Shown here piece after piece: positions 29,101 to 38,635 of a DNA stretch of 64,000 bases; position 1 is the stretch's first letter; the number at the start of each line of letters is the position of its first letter. The stretch comes from Planctomycetaceae bacterium (GTDB lineage: Bacteria > Planctomycetota > Planctomycetia > Pirellulales > Pirellulaceae). The notes under the pieces were generated by a model. The model worked only from the letters and a program-made list of their open reading frames with translations. It had not been told where the DNA came from and made no database searches. The position numbers were made by a program, and so were the translations under genes. Where the stretch lies: positions 2,819 through 66,818 of the forward strand of contig JAJTFC010000007.1 of the NCBI GenBank assembly GCA_021298315.1, given 5' to 3'.

Positions 29101-30824
29101 TGTCGACCAACGAAGACACGGCTCTGACGGTCAATGGTCAAGCCTTTACTTCGGATATCAGCCGCGGTCCTTTCGAAGACAGTCAAACCCTGACGATCAC
29201 TGCAGTGCAGTTGCTCACCCCAGGTGCAGGGACAGTATCGTTGGTCAACGGCAACATTCAGTTCACTCCAGCATCCAACTTCAACCGTGTTGCTGAGGTT
29301 CTCTATACGGTACGCGACAACGGCACGACCGCTGGCGTTTCGGATCCGAAATCCGCCAGTGCCACCTTGACCATCTCGGTCTCGGCAGTCAACGACGCAC
29401 CGATCACCGTTGACAAGACCTTGCCTGTCTCGCCAACGATTTACTTCGAAGACACCGTCACGACGATTCCTGTTGCCGACGTGATCGCAGGTGATCGACC
29501 TGGCCCAGAGAACGAAACGGCCCAGTCGGTTTCCTTTACGACCATTATCGGAACCCTGACTACAGCCAAGGGCGGCACGATCACCCAAGTTGGTAGCAAC
29601 TTGATCTACACGCCTCCGAAGTTCTTCAACAGCCTCGTCGATGGCTTGGATTCCTTTGTCTACGGCATCGCAGACAACGGAACTCCATCGCTGAGTGCAA
29701 GCGGAACGGTTAGCCTTTATGTAAGCGAAGTCAACAATGCACCAGTTGCTGACGATTTGAGCCGCGAGGTATTCGCCGGGGTCAACACCGTAATCGATTT
29801 GTCGGCGGCCCTCGATGCGATGAACAAGGGTGCTCCAAACGAGTCGGGACAGAAACTTACGATCACTGATCTGATTTTCGATCCATTGGATGTACCAGGA
29901 ACCCTGACACTCAATCCAAACGGCACATCGATCACCTACTTTGCTCCGCTTGGAACCAATGAAACCTTCACGTTCCAGTACCGCATTGTGGACAACGGAA
30001 CGACCGCAGGTAATCCTGATCCGCTCGCAGATGTAGGCAACTTCACGATCACTGTGCTTCCGTTCCAGCCCAGTTCGATCACTGGTTTGGTGTTTATCGA
30101 TGACAACTTCAACGGAGTCTACGACAACAACTCTGCAGGTTTGGTGGAACTGCCAGTCGGTGGAGTCGAAGTGACCCTCAGCTACGCTGATCCGTCGAAT
30201 CCATTGAACACCATCTCGATGACCGAGATGACCGACGCGGATGGATCGTACGACTTCGAACTTCTGCCGCCGGGAACCTACACCGTCAGCTACGTCAATC
30301 CAGTGGCGATGATTGAGGATGGTTCTGCAGTGCGTTCGAGGACCTTTACGATCAATCCTCCAGGGGGACAAAACCTAGTTCAGCAATTCGCTGTGCTTGG
30401 TATCAACCCATCCTATGGCTCGGCCATCGAGTACTTCGCATCGAGCTTGTACCTCAAGGACTCGACCCTCCGCTCACGCGGTATGTATGCAGTGGTCAAC
30501 AGCACCAGTGGATACAGCGAGTGGACATCGCGTAAGGATGGCTTCGAAGGGGACCGATTCCACGAAGTGGTTCTCAGTGCTGACGGCAAGAATGCTTACC
30601 TGACAGCAGTACGAGGAAACGGCCAAGTCTTCACGGCGACTTTGACCGAGAAGAGGAACTTCATCCGAATCCCAGCGGGCAATGGATTCCAATACGTTCG
30701 GATCCTAGCAAGCTCCTCCGATCTAACTTGGAGCCCAGTGGATATCAATAATCCGCAGATCACAGCCCCCGGTTATCTCGATGCGATCGACCAGTACTTC
30801 ATGCAAGAAGATTGGGATAACTAG
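26175..30824 (+). CDS. Large secreted adhesin-like protein with dockerin-like repeats, tandem Ig/cadherin-like repeats and an SdrD-B-like domain
   Basis: N-terminal RLESLERRELMA planctomycete motif, two DxDxDxxxSPLDAL dockerin-like repeats, about 8 repeats bounded by VNDxP with FTPAANFNG, and SITGLVFIDDNFNG..TDADGSYDF..LPPGTY. Confidence 0.88.
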   Translation: MSASQNRRVRGRQGSKSSKKSFLSRMLRLESLERRELMASDFAPFHNYLASTDVDGDFKISPLDALMVINQLNTSGSGSLSGRSAPQSRSGLVDADADNNLSPLDALLVINSINRGEGVGELAEIKYEFFALNDDGTLGANLDPNPNDFVYEANVSTGQKFVVRTLMADLRGNPSGVFSAYHDLNFTNRDGSSAEKMQLQWSEYNALKLRQSDPNGTIGGSFKLAYGSETTATIPIATTNPRPGVTVPSKSLTAANIKSALEALPGIGVGNVVVNVNEIDPDPGFNFDIYFRNDKARVDMPNATIAENNLTATLGVINPTITSQDSPSPTQTVVARAAMNYKPIATQFPLYVNGPNGVLDESASATGKRTVKNLGSFSNSSAPIPSASASNFFGIVDTAFKAGSSGTIDLAATISQLPPPGSGSGENLGIALYNAQGVYLTSSQVILPTAVINVQDRLTAVNDVFTINEDAPVNTYNVVANDVDRFGTSRGIISVTQPAAGGTVSFDGTGTAQSIRFTPAANFNGPVTFTYTIRNNLNDVATGTVTMNINAVNDAPVVVNTAFSVTEDPASPLLIAPTDVFAPGPANESSQLITLSIVTPPPSGQGTAIINASGILEFTPAANFNGTVTMVVRGIDDGSPAQSTNATLTITVTPVNDSPVVVQTTFSVLEDSTSGVVILPSQIFAPGPSNESSQTVTLSLVTTPLASEGVATILPNGSLRFIPAANFFGPVNFVVRGTDNGSPALSTDATLTINVTPVNDGPTAVDDTGSIDRFVVLGLTGTPTSLDVMRNDSPGPNESSIDTIKIRSVTSTTLGGTVSLNADRTRVIYTPPAGAVNQTDFFSYTIEDSAGVTSTARTEVFIIPPTFPFAVDDQFSTSEKAADTSYTIDVLANDFINDGFAAQLLSIVEQPPEGFGTASVVGNNVVYQAPAHVNGGPILLVYRMTDSKPGSVPVNATVTIQISEVNDPPEPFGKNVSTNEDTALTVNGQAFTSDISRGPFEDSQTLTITAVQLLTPGAGTVSLVNGNIQFTPASNFNRVAEVLYTVRDNGTTAGVSDPKSASATLTISVSAVNDAPITVDKTLPVSPTIYFEDTVTTIPVADVIAGDRPGPENETAQSVSFTTIIGTLTTAKGGTITQVGSNLIYTPPKFFNSLVDGLDSFVYGIADNGTPSLSASGTVSLYVSEVNNAPVADDLSREVFAGVNTVIDLSAALDAMNKGAPNESGQKLTITDLIFDPLDVPGTLTLNPNGTSITYFAPLGTNETFTFQYRIVDNGTTAGNPDPLADVGNFTITVLPFQPSSITGLVFIDDNFNGVYDNNSAGLVELPVGGVEVTLSYADPSNPLNTISMTEMTDADGSYDFELLPPGTYTVSYVNPVAMIEDGSAVRSRTFTINPPGGQNLVQQFAVLGINPSYGSAIEYFASSLYLKDSTLRSRGMYAVVNSTSGYSEWTSRKDGFEGDRFHEVVLSADGKNAYLTAVRGNGQVFTATLTEKRNFIRIPAGNGFQYVRILASSSDLTWSPVDINNPQITAPGYLDAIDQYFMQEDWDN

Positions 30825-30865
30825 TTCCGAATCCAGCGGCCTGAGTGGCTCGTGTGAAAATCAAC

Positions 30866-30898
30866 AAAAAAGGCCTCGCCAAAAAGCGGGGCCTTTTT
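30866..30898. terminator. Rho-independent, probably bidirectional terminator
   Basis: AAAAAAGGCCTCGC-CAAAAA-GCGGGGCCTTTTT, about 40 bp after the adhesin stop codon. Confidence 0.8.
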
Positions 30899-31001
30899 GC
30901 ATTGGTGGCAACCGGCCCATTTATAAGCTATGATTAGAAAGTACGCCCCCCTCCCCCCTACCCCCGCTTTTGTCCTTTGAAGTTGCGCGTTTTGTCTTTG
31001 T

Positions 31002-31069
31002 TCGTACTCGTACTCAATGAAATGGTACTCGTACTCGTACTCGATGCCCTCTCTTCGAGCACGAGTACG
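31002..31069 (-). repeat. Truncated copy C of the TACTCG fold-back element
   Basis: CTCGTACTCAATGAAATGGTACTCGTACTCG is the exact reverse complement of the right arm of copy D (~53336-53366), followed by a short CGAGCACGAGTACG counter-arm. Confidence 0.75.
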
Positions 31070-31116
31070 TTTGGTCTTTTATCTCTAGCACACCTTTGAA
31101 TTGATTCTATTTGTAA

Positions 31117-32631
31117 ATGAGCACATCCAGTTCAAATGCTTCAACGCATTCAGCGTTTCCTCAACCGAGTTCGACGACGATCTGGTTGATTTTGGTAATG
31201 GCATCGATCGGTTTTGCCTTCGACATCTATGAGTTATTGATGTTGCCGTTGATTATCAAACCTGCGATCGCGGCGCTCAGTGCTCCACTTGTCGAGCAGA
31301 TGGTCAGTGCTGGAACGCCCAGGCCCGAGGCGATGGGGCTTTGGGCTCCTGGCGGTGACAACTATGTAATGTGGGCCCGAACCTTATTTTTTATTCCGGC
31401 GCTCATCGGAGGGATCTTTGGACTCCTGGGTGGGTATTTGACCGACCTTTTTGGACGCCGAGCGGTTTTGACGTTTTCGATTTTGCTTTACGCCCTTTCT
31501 GCCTTGGCAGCGGGCTTTGCTACGAACCTCTATTGGCTCTTGTTCTTTCGATGCCTGGTGTTCATCGGTGTGTGTGTAGAGTTCGTTGCCGCAGTCGCTT
31601 GGCTCGCCGAACTCTTTGATGATCCAAAGAAAAAAGAAAAGGCGCTTGGATACACCCAAGCCTTCTCCTCGATTGGAGGACTACTGGTCGGAGCAGCCGC
31701 AGTGCTTGCAACATGGTTGGCTCAAAAGCAAATTCTGCCTGCCATCTACGGGCAACACGAGGCTTGGCGATACACGCTCATTTCCGGTGTCATTCCAGCT
31801 CTTCCGCTGATCCTGATTCGTCCGTTTTTGCCCGAGTCACCCAAGTGGCGTGAAAAGAAGCTCTCGGGAGCACTGAAACGTCCGAGCATCGCAGAGTTGT
31901 TTTCGCCAGCGCTAGCACGAACGACGATCATTACAACGATTCTCTTTGCAGCCAGCTATGGCATCGCTTTCGGTGCGATTCAGCAGTTGCCTCAGATACT
32001 CTCGGGTCATGCCTTGATCGCCAAGGAATCCCAGGCCAAGGGCAAGGAGATGATTGCAGCCGACGAGGCCAAGTCAGGAAAAGAGATTCCAGAGGGACGC
32101 AAGAAGGCGATCATCGGTAATTTCCGGGATGAAGAGGTCGCTAAGGTTACGATTTTCCAGGAAGTCGGTGGTCTGATAGGTCGGGTTATCTTCGCGGTCT
32201 TAGCGTTGGTCGTTGTAAGTCGCCAAACCCTGCTGAGAACCTTTTTGATACCTGCAGCGATCTTTGTGCCGCTGCTTTTCTACTGGATCAGCACATCTTA
32301 CAAACAAGAAGATTCGCTGATTTGGATCAAGGCGGGAATCTTTTTAGCAGGCTTGTTCACGGTGGCTCAGTTTAGTTTCTGGGGAAATTACATACCGCGT
32401 GTCTTCCCGCTCCACTTGCGTGGAACTGGCGAGAGCTTTGCCGCAAATATTGGCGGCCGGATCTTGGGTACTTTGGCGGCCTTCTTGACTCTGACTTTTT
32501 CGCAATCCAAGCCGCCCGATCCAGGCAAGATCGCTTTGGCTGGCGCTGCGGTTGCCGGTGCCTATGCGATCTTGGGTTTGGTGCTCAGTTGGATGCTTCC
32601 GGAGCCTAAGGCGGAGCTTGAGAATGAGTGA
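31117..32631 (+). CDS. MFS transporter
   Basis: Motif A GYLTDLFGRR, FDIYE, ELF, PESPKW, FPLHLRGTG, and about 12 hydrophobic segments. Confidence 0.92.
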   Translation: MSTSSSNASTHSAFPQPSSTTIWLILVMASIGFAFDIYELLMLPLIIKPAIAALSAPLVEQMVSAGTPRPEAMGLWAPGGDNYVMWARTLFFIPALIGGIFGLLGGYLTDLFGRRAVLTFSILLYALSALAAGFATNLYWLLFFRCLVFIGVCVEFVAAVAWLAELFDDPKKKEKALGYTQAFSSIGGLLVGAAAVLATWLAQKQILPAIYGQHEAWRYTLISGVIPALPLILIRPFLPESPKWREKKLSGALKRPSIAELFSPALARTTIITTILFAASYGIAFGAIQQLPQILSGHALIAKESQAKGKEMIAADEAKSGKEIPEGRKKAIIGNFRDEEVAKVTIFQEVGGLIGRVIFAVLALVVVSRQTLLRTFLIPAAIFVPLLFYWISTSYKQEDSLIWIKAGIFLAGLFTVAQFSFWGNYIPRVFPLHLRGTGESFAANIGGRILGTLAAFLTLTFSQSKPPDPGKIALAGAAVAGAYAILGLVLSWMLPEPKAELENE

Positions 32632-34607
32632 TTTTTCCAAAACTCTCGCCGGCCAATGAATCAGCGGTTATGCCCTCGAACTCCTTTGCCAATCAACTCT
32701 TTGCAGCCATCGATCGTTCTCGAACAATCGAGCAATTGCTCCAGGAACCGGTGGCTTGGATGGTTGCCAACGGAGCTTGGTCTACCATCTGGGTGATGAG
32801 TCCTTCGAAAGGGGTTTGGAAGAAACTTCTTGCCGTTGGCAAACCGATCACCCATCCGCCCGATCCTGCGAAACTTTCGGATTGCCTCGATAGCCGCAAT
32901 GCTCAGTTTTCGGATTCATGGACTCTCCATTCGCTACCTGTTGGCATCGATTTGATCTTTTGCTTTGCCAATCCAAAAAGCCTCAGTCCAGATAGCCAAG
33001 CAACCAGCTCTGAAGCGAAAGAAGCACTGCGAGAGCAACTTGGGCTTCTAGGCCATTGCGTCGAATTGTGGAATCAGCAACTTAGCAAAACGCGAGACTT
33101 AGTAAGATTCAATCAGATCCTGGAAGTAGCGGCCAATTGGCATGCGCATCAAGATTTGGATCGTCTCTTGCAAGACATTGCGCAAGCGGCAACTCGATTG
33201 TTAAGAAGCGATCGAGCGAGCATCTTCTTGTGGGATAAACAATCTCGGGAACTGGTCGGACATCCGGCCCTGGGCATGGAAGGCAAACCGCTTCGGATCG
33301 CTGACGACAAGGGGGTCGCGGGAGCCGTTCTCAAAAGCCAGCAACCTCGGCGTTGGGATCGCTCGGATCCAACCGACGAGGTCGATCGGCGTGTCGATAC
33401 CAACAGCGGTTATCGAACCGACTCGCTCCTTGCTGTTCCGCTCGTGGATCTCAAGGGTAAGCCGATGGGGGTCTTTGAGGTCATCAATCATGTCGACGGA
33501 CGATTTGACCAGCAAGACGAAAACGATCTGATCGAATTGGCTAGGCATGCTTCAGCGGCATTGGCCAACACGCAAACCATGCAGCGTTTGATCCAGACGA
33601 GAGATCGGTTGACTCAAGATGCCGCAGAGCAAGTTCAACTCATCGGCTCATCGCCGGAAATGCTCAGCCTCAAGTCGACGGTTTCCAAGGTTGGCGATAC
33701 CGATCTTGCGGTTCTGTTATTGGGGGAGAACGGAACCGGCAAAGAAGTCGTATCGAGGCAAATTCACTATCAGAGCAAACGGCGATTCGAACCCTTTATC
33801 GCCGTCAACTGCGCGGCGATTACCGAAACACTCCTCGAAAGCGAACTCTTTGGGCATGAAAAGGGAGCTTTTACCGATGCGCACGAGACTCGATCGGGCA
33901 AGTTCGAGTTGGCCTCCGGCGGAACCTTGTTCCTCGACGAAATTGGGGATATGAGTTTGGCTGGACAAGCCAAATTGCTTCGAGTGCTCGAAGAGAAGGT
34001 GGTGGTGCGAGTCGGTGGTTCGACGGCGATCCCTGTGAATGTTCGGGTCATTGCCGCGACGAATCAAAATCTTGTCGATCTGGTTCGTCAGAAGAAATTT
34101 CGCGAAGACCTCTATTTTCGGCTCACCGTAGTCACGATGAATCTTCCTCCTTTGAGGCAACGCGGGGAGGATGTATTGCAGTTAGCCGATTTCTTTTTGA
34201 CGTTGTTCTGCAATAAAATCGGTCGGAGCAAGCCAGTCCTGAGCGCCTCGGCTAAAAAGCGCCTGGTCCATCACGATTGGCCTGGGAACGTTCGCGAGCT
34301 TAGAAATATCATCGAAAGGATCGCTTATCTAACCACCGGGGATCTTGTCGATGATACGCAGATCGACTTCGTTCGATCACCAAGAGCCGACGGCTTGAGC
34401 CATCTCGATGGGATGGATTTGTCAAAGCCTCTGGCCGAAGCGACCGACGATTTTCAGGTTCGGTACATTGAGCAACAGGTCAAAGCCTGTAACAAAAACA
34501 TGACTCTAGCTGCCGAGCGGTTGGGGATGCAAAGATCCAATCTCTACCGCAAAATGAAACAGCTTGGGATGAATCATCACGACCAAGATGCAAACGGTAA
34601 CGTTTAA
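32628..34607 (+). CDS. GAF-domain sigma-54-dependent transcriptional activator (Fis HTH)
   Basis: GAF (DTNSGYRTDSLLAVPL), Walker A GENGTGKE, ESELFGHEKGAFTDA, FLDEIG, WPGNVREL, and C-terminal HTH LGMQRSNLYRKM. The start may be the ATG at 32670. Confidence 0.93.
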   Translation: MIFPKLSPANESAVMPSNSFANQLFAAIDRSRTIEQLLQEPVAWMVANGAWSTIWVMSPSKGVWKKLLAVGKPITHPPDPAKLSDCLDSRNAQFSDSWTLHSLPVGIDLIFCFANPKSLSPDSQATSSEAKEALREQLGLLGHCVELWNQQLSKTRDLVRFNQILEVAANWHAHQDLDRLLQDIAQAATRLLRSDRASIFLWDKQSRELVGHPALGMEGKPLRIADDKGVAGAVLKSQQPRRWDRSDPTDEVDRRVDTNSGYRTDSLLAVPLVDLKGKPMGVFEVINHVDGRFDQQDENDLIELARHASAALANTQTMQRLIQTRDRLTQDAAEQVQLIGSSPEMLSLKSTVSKVGDTDLAVLLLGENGTGKEVVSRQIHYQSKRRFEPFIAVNCAAITETLLESELFGHEKGAFTDAHETRSGKFELASGGTLFLDEIGDMSLAGQAKLLRVLEEKVVVRVGGSTAIPVNVRVIAATNQNLVDLVRQKKFREDLYFRLTVVTMNLPPLRQRGEDVLQLADFFLTLFCNKIGRSKPVLSASAKKRLVHHDWPGNVRELRNIIERIAYLTTGDLVDDTQIDFVRSPRADGLSHLDGMDLSKPLAEATDDFQVRYIEQQVKACNKNMTLAAERLGMQRSNLYRKMKQLGMNHHDQDANGNV

Positions 34608-34649
34608 GAGCCAGCTCCTGAAAGTCCCAGTAGACTCTTCAAAAAAACA

Positions 34650-34879
34650 GGTCTTCAGGAATTATCCTGACTACTCAGTGAAACGGTACTCGTACTCGAT
34701 GGGTCCTATTGGGATGTCGTTGACATGCAGCCCAAAGACTGGGGTTCCCGCTTCCTTGAATAGCCGATCGCCTTGAATCGATTCAGGCGTTTCGAGTACG
34801 AGTACGAGTACGAGTACGAGTACCGCGATGCTGAGTACGAGAAAACCGAGATTCGACCTACTAAAACTCCTGAATGACC
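34650..34879 (-). mobile_element. MITE-like fold-back element, copy B (inverted relative to copy A)
   Basis: Ends GGTCTTCAGGA / TCCTGAATGACC, flanked by A7 tracts on both sides. The internal ~170 bp is colinear with copy A, including the non-repetitive core. Confidence 0.7.
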
Positions 34880-34961
34880 GAAAAAAATCGAGTATGATAT
34901 TAATTCTGCCCAGAGGCTTTATCTTGCACCTCTTTAGATTCCCCCCTGCGACTCGAAGTTA

Positions 34962-37900
34962 TTGAATCCAATGCTAAGACCATTCCGACGAAGTCTCGTT
35001 TTGTTGTCCTTGCTATGCATGGGGCTAATGAGCACCCCCTATACCGCTCGGGCTCAAGATCCCATGAAGGTTCAAGGTGAGTACATCAAGAGTGGCCGAG
35101 GAATCCAGGTGGCCGCTTTGGCCAAGGACAAATACCGCGTAACGACCTATCAAGGTGGATTGCCTGGCGAAGGCTGGGATCGAGGGCCCGTTCAGGTGCT
35201 CGAAGTCGAAGACGATGAACTCAAAGATCTTCTCGATGGTGCGACGTCGGTTCAGCGCAGTAGCCCGACTTTGGATTCCAAGCCGCCTAGTTCAGCAATT
35301 GTCCTATTCGATGGCACCCAGGCTAGCATCGATCGGCATTGGGCAAACGGAGCCAAGCTCATCGAAGGGAACCTGCTGCTTGCCGGTTGCACCACGAAAA
35401 ACAACTACCGTGACTACCGGCTCCACCTGGAATTTCGAACACCCTTCGTTCCGCAGGCACTCGGTCAGGGGCGAGGCAACAGTGGCGTGTATCATCAGGG
35501 GCGCTACGAGACCCAGGTTCTCGATTCGTTCGGTTTTGAAAACGAGGGGAATACTTGCGGTGCAATCTACGGTGTCAAGCCAGCCGACTTTAATGCCTGT
35601 CTTCCCCCCCTGCGCTGGCAAACTTACGATGTCGAGTTCATTGCAGCAAGGTGGGATGCTCAAGGGAAAAAGGTCTCCGATGCGCAGCTTACGGTATGGC
35701 TAAACGGTTATCCGATTCATCGAGACCAAAAGGTTCCCGGGGCGACCACTGCTGCTCCTGTTGGTGAGAGTCCTAGCGATGGACCGCTTTATCTTCAGGA
35801 TCACGGCAACCCTGTGGCTTATCGCAATATCTGGTTGGTTCCATTCGATGCTGAGCTAGTGGCCAAGCGGCCTAGAGTGGCAGGTTACGAACGCATCGCT
35901 GCAACCGCTAGCAATCTGGCCGACCGTCAACTCAGTGGCCGAATTCTCATCAGCGAACTTGGGTGCACCAGTTGTCATGCTCCGGGTAAGTTCGCTCAAG
36001 TCTTCGAGCAAAAAAGTGCACCTCTACTCGATCAGATCGGAAGCCGAGTGCGTCCTGGTTACATCGCTTCGATGCTCTCTGATCTGCACACAAGCAAGAT
36101 TGGGACAACCATGCCCGATTTGCTCCATGGAATGAGCCAGCCACAGAAGACGCAAGTTGCTCAACGAATTGCTGCTTATTTGGAATCCACCGGCAAGAGC
36201 CGCAAGCATACAAGGTCCGATGCGCAAGCGGCTCAGAGGGGCAAGCAGCTCTATGAAAAAGTCGGTTGTACGATCTGCCATGCCAACGCCGATGGAACTC
36301 GACTCACGGCCACCTCGGTGCCACTGCCTAACCTTTCCAAAAAGTATTCGTTCGATGGCCTCGCGTTGTTCCTTAAACAACCGCACGATGCTCGGCCCTC
36401 AGGACGCATGCCCAATATGCACCTGGACGATAATGAAGCTCGCGATTTGGCGCATTACCTGCTTAAAGAGATCGACCCGTCCGATGCGCAGCCCAACACC
36501 AAATACACCGTCTATGAAGGGTCTTGGAACAAGTTACCGGACTTCGAAACACTCAAGCCCATCGCGGAAGGAACTTGCGAAGGTTTCGATCTATCGGTAG
36601 CGGGCCGAACGAATAATTTTGCTCTGCGATTTGAATCCTTTGTCGTGCTCGACCAAGCGGCAAAGGTTCGTTTTCATCTGGGATCCGACGATGGGAGTCG
36701 GTTGCTAGTCGACGGCAAAGTCGTTGTCGATGTCGATGGAGTTCATCCTCATCAAACCAAATCTGGTGAAACCGAGCTAGCTGCTGGTCCTCATCGAATC
36801 GTTGTCGAGTACTTCCAAGGAGGAGGTGAATGGACAGTCGATTTGCAGTGGGAAAGCTCGCAAATGGTCAAGCAGCCTGTCGACGGTTGGTTGCAACTCG
36901 AAGCCAATCAAGCCCGCAAGTCATCGACCGACCAGCAAACCGATCCAGCTTGGATCTCCGAAGGCAAGGCATTGTTTCAATCGGTCGGTTGCGTGCAATG
37001 CCATGCGATCAAGGGTATCGACAAGAGTCAAGCCGACAAGGCAGAGTCGAAACTCTCAAAGGCACCAGCGCTTGATGCCGTGAATGCCAATGCAGGATGT
37101 TTGGCCAATGAGGTTGCAGCAGGGCTTCCCGAATACCGTTTGACCTTGTTGCAAAAGGAATCGATCGTTGCTGCTTTGGGGATCGATCCTAGTAAGGAAG
37201 TTTCTCACGAGGAGCATTCCAAGTACACACTTGCCAAGCTCAACTGCATCGCTTGCCATCAACGCAACGATTGGGGTGGACCTGAATCCGATAAACTCGA
37301 TTTGTTCACCTCGACGATTCCCGAGATGGGAGACGAAGGTCGGTTGCCTCCGCGACTGACCGGTGTGGGAGATAAGCTCACCGACGCTTATTTAGACCGT
37401 GTGCTTGCCGATGGTGCCCGCCATCGGCCCTACATGCAGGTTCGCATGCCTCGGTATGGATCTGCGACCCAAGGTCTAGCAGAACATTGGAAGCAGACCG
37501 ATCGGCCCGCTCAAGATAGTGTTGCCCAAGGTCCCGACGAGGCGGAGATTCGAACGCTTGCTGCCGGAAGATTGTTGGCTGGTAACAAAGGTCTCTCGTG
37601 CGCTCAGTGCCACACCTTTGGAAATCAACGCGCCATCGGGATCCAGGCAATCAACATGCTCACGATGACCGAGCGGCTTCGGCCTGAATGGTTCCGGCGT
37701 TACATGCTCGAGCCTACCAAGTACCGGCCAGGGACTCGGATGCCCGCGAGTTTTCCAGAGGGTGTCAGTGTTTTAAAGAGTGTTTATGACGGGAGTGCGG
37801 ATCATCAGATTGCAGCACTTTGGAAGTACTTGTCGCAAGGCTCGCAGGCTTCGATACCCGAGGGATTGCAACGAGACCAGATCGTGCTTGAACCCCAGGA

Positions 37901-38561
37901 TCGACCTATCGTGTATCGCAACTTCCTCGAAGGTCTCTCTGCGCGGGGGATCGCTGTGGGGTATCCCGGTGGCCTGAATCTTGCTTGGGATGCTCAAACG
38001 ATGAATATAGCCAAGCTTTGGCAGGGGCAGTTCATCGATGCTTCGATGCACTGGAGGGATCGCGGGGTAGGAAGGCAAAAGCCTTTGGGGGATTTGGTTC
38101 TTAATTACGAGAACCGTTCTGCAGTCGCATGGCTGAAAGATCCTTCGGAAGCTTGGCCGGATGCCAAACAGGTCGCCGAGACTTATAAGTTCCTCGGTTA
38201 TAAAACCGACAAGACTGGGCATCCGACGTTCCGCTACAAAATAGGTGATTCGGTTGTTGGCGATCGAGCCGAGTTGAGCGTCGGTCCTAAAGACTCCCCG
38301 GGCTTGAAGCGAACGCTCAGTATCCAACCAGGCAAGTCCGACCGGGCGGGAGGCTTGTGGGTTCGTTTGGCAGAAGGATCCGAAATCGTTGCAGATGGCA
38401 AGAATACTTGGAAGGTCGACGACAAGTATCAAGTGACTCTGGCCGAATCGATTGCAACGAGCGTGCAAGTGCGTGAGTCGGCAGGAAAGAAGGAGCTCAT
38501 CATTCCGATCCAACTACAACCCTCAGGTTCGATAGAGCTGGAGTACTATCTGCGTTGGTGA
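34962..38561 (+). CDS. Exported multi-domain protein: DUF1080 (3-keto-disaccharide hydrolase-like) + five c-type heme motifs + PA14
   Basis: DUF1080 motifs LFDG, LHLEF, RGNSGVY, YETQVLDS, LQDHGNPVAYRNIW. CxxCH motifs CTSCH, CTICH, CVQCH, CIACH, CAQCH. PA14 motif GSDDGSRL..YFQGGG. The start may be the ATG at 34971. Confidence 0.85.
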   Translation: MNPMLRPFRRSLVLLSLLCMGLMSTPYTARAQDPMKVQGEYIKSGRGIQVAALAKDKYRVTTYQGGLPGEGWDRGPVQVLEVEDDELKDLLDGATSVQRSSPTLDSKPPSSAIVLFDGTQASIDRHWANGAKLIEGNLLLAGCTTKNNYRDYRLHLEFRTPFVPQALGQGRGNSGVYHQGRYETQVLDSFGFENEGNTCGAIYGVKPADFNACLPPLRWQTYDVEFIAARWDAQGKKVSDAQLTVWLNGYPIHRDQKVPGATTAAPVGESPSDGPLYLQDHGNPVAYRNIWLVPFDAELVAKRPRVAGYERIAATASNLADRQLSGRILISELGCTSCHAPGKFAQVFEQKSAPLLDQIGSRVRPGYIASMLSDLHTSKIGTTMPDLLHGMSQPQKTQVAQRIAAYLESTGKSRKHTRSDAQAAQRGKQLYEKVGCTICHANADGTRLTATSVPLPNLSKKYSFDGLALFLKQPHDARPSGRMPNMHLDDNEARDLAHYLLKEIDPSDAQPNTKYTVYEGSWNKLPDFETLKPIAEGTCEGFDLSVAGRTNNFALRFESFVVLDQAAKVRFHLGSDDGSRLLVDGKVVVDVDGVHPHQTKSGETELAAGPHRIVVEYFQGGGEWTVDLQWESSQMVKQPVDGWLQLEANQARKSSTDQQTDPAWISEGKALFQSVGCVQCHAIKGIDKSQADKAESKLSKAPALDAVNANAGCLANEVAAGLPEYRLTLLQKESIVAALGIDPSKEVSHEEHSKYTLAKLNCIACHQRNDWGGPESDKLDLFTSTIPEMGDEGRLPPRLTGVGDKLTDAYLDRVLADGARHRPYMQVRMPRYGSATQGLAEHWKQTDRPAQDSVAQGPDEAEIRTLAAGRLLAGNKGLSCAQCHTFGNQRAIGIQAINMLTMTERLRPEWFRRYMLEPTKYRPGTRMPASFPEGVSVLKSVYDGSADHQIAALWKYLSQGSQASIPEGLQRDQIVLEPQDRPIVYRNFLEGLSARGIAVGYPGGLNLAWDAQTMNIAKLWQGQFIDASMHWRDRGVGRQKPLGDLVLNYENRSAVAWLKDPSEAWPDAKQVAETYKFLGYKTDKTGHPTFRYKIGDSVVGDRAELSVGPKDSPGLKRTLSIQPGKSDRAGGLWVRLAEGSEIVADGKNTWKVDDKYQVTLAESIATSVQVRESAGKKELIIPIQLQPSGSIELEYYLRW

Positions 38562-38635
38562 TGATTCAGCGGTTGAAAAACCTTCGATCGACTTATTCTA
38601 TTTGAAGCCCTATTCTAGTGATTAGTTAAAAAACA

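Noticed and set aside
28989-30371. 460-aa minus-strand ORF
   Set aside because: Antisense shadow of the adhesin gene with no recognisable motifs. Long antisense ORFs are expected from its codon bias.
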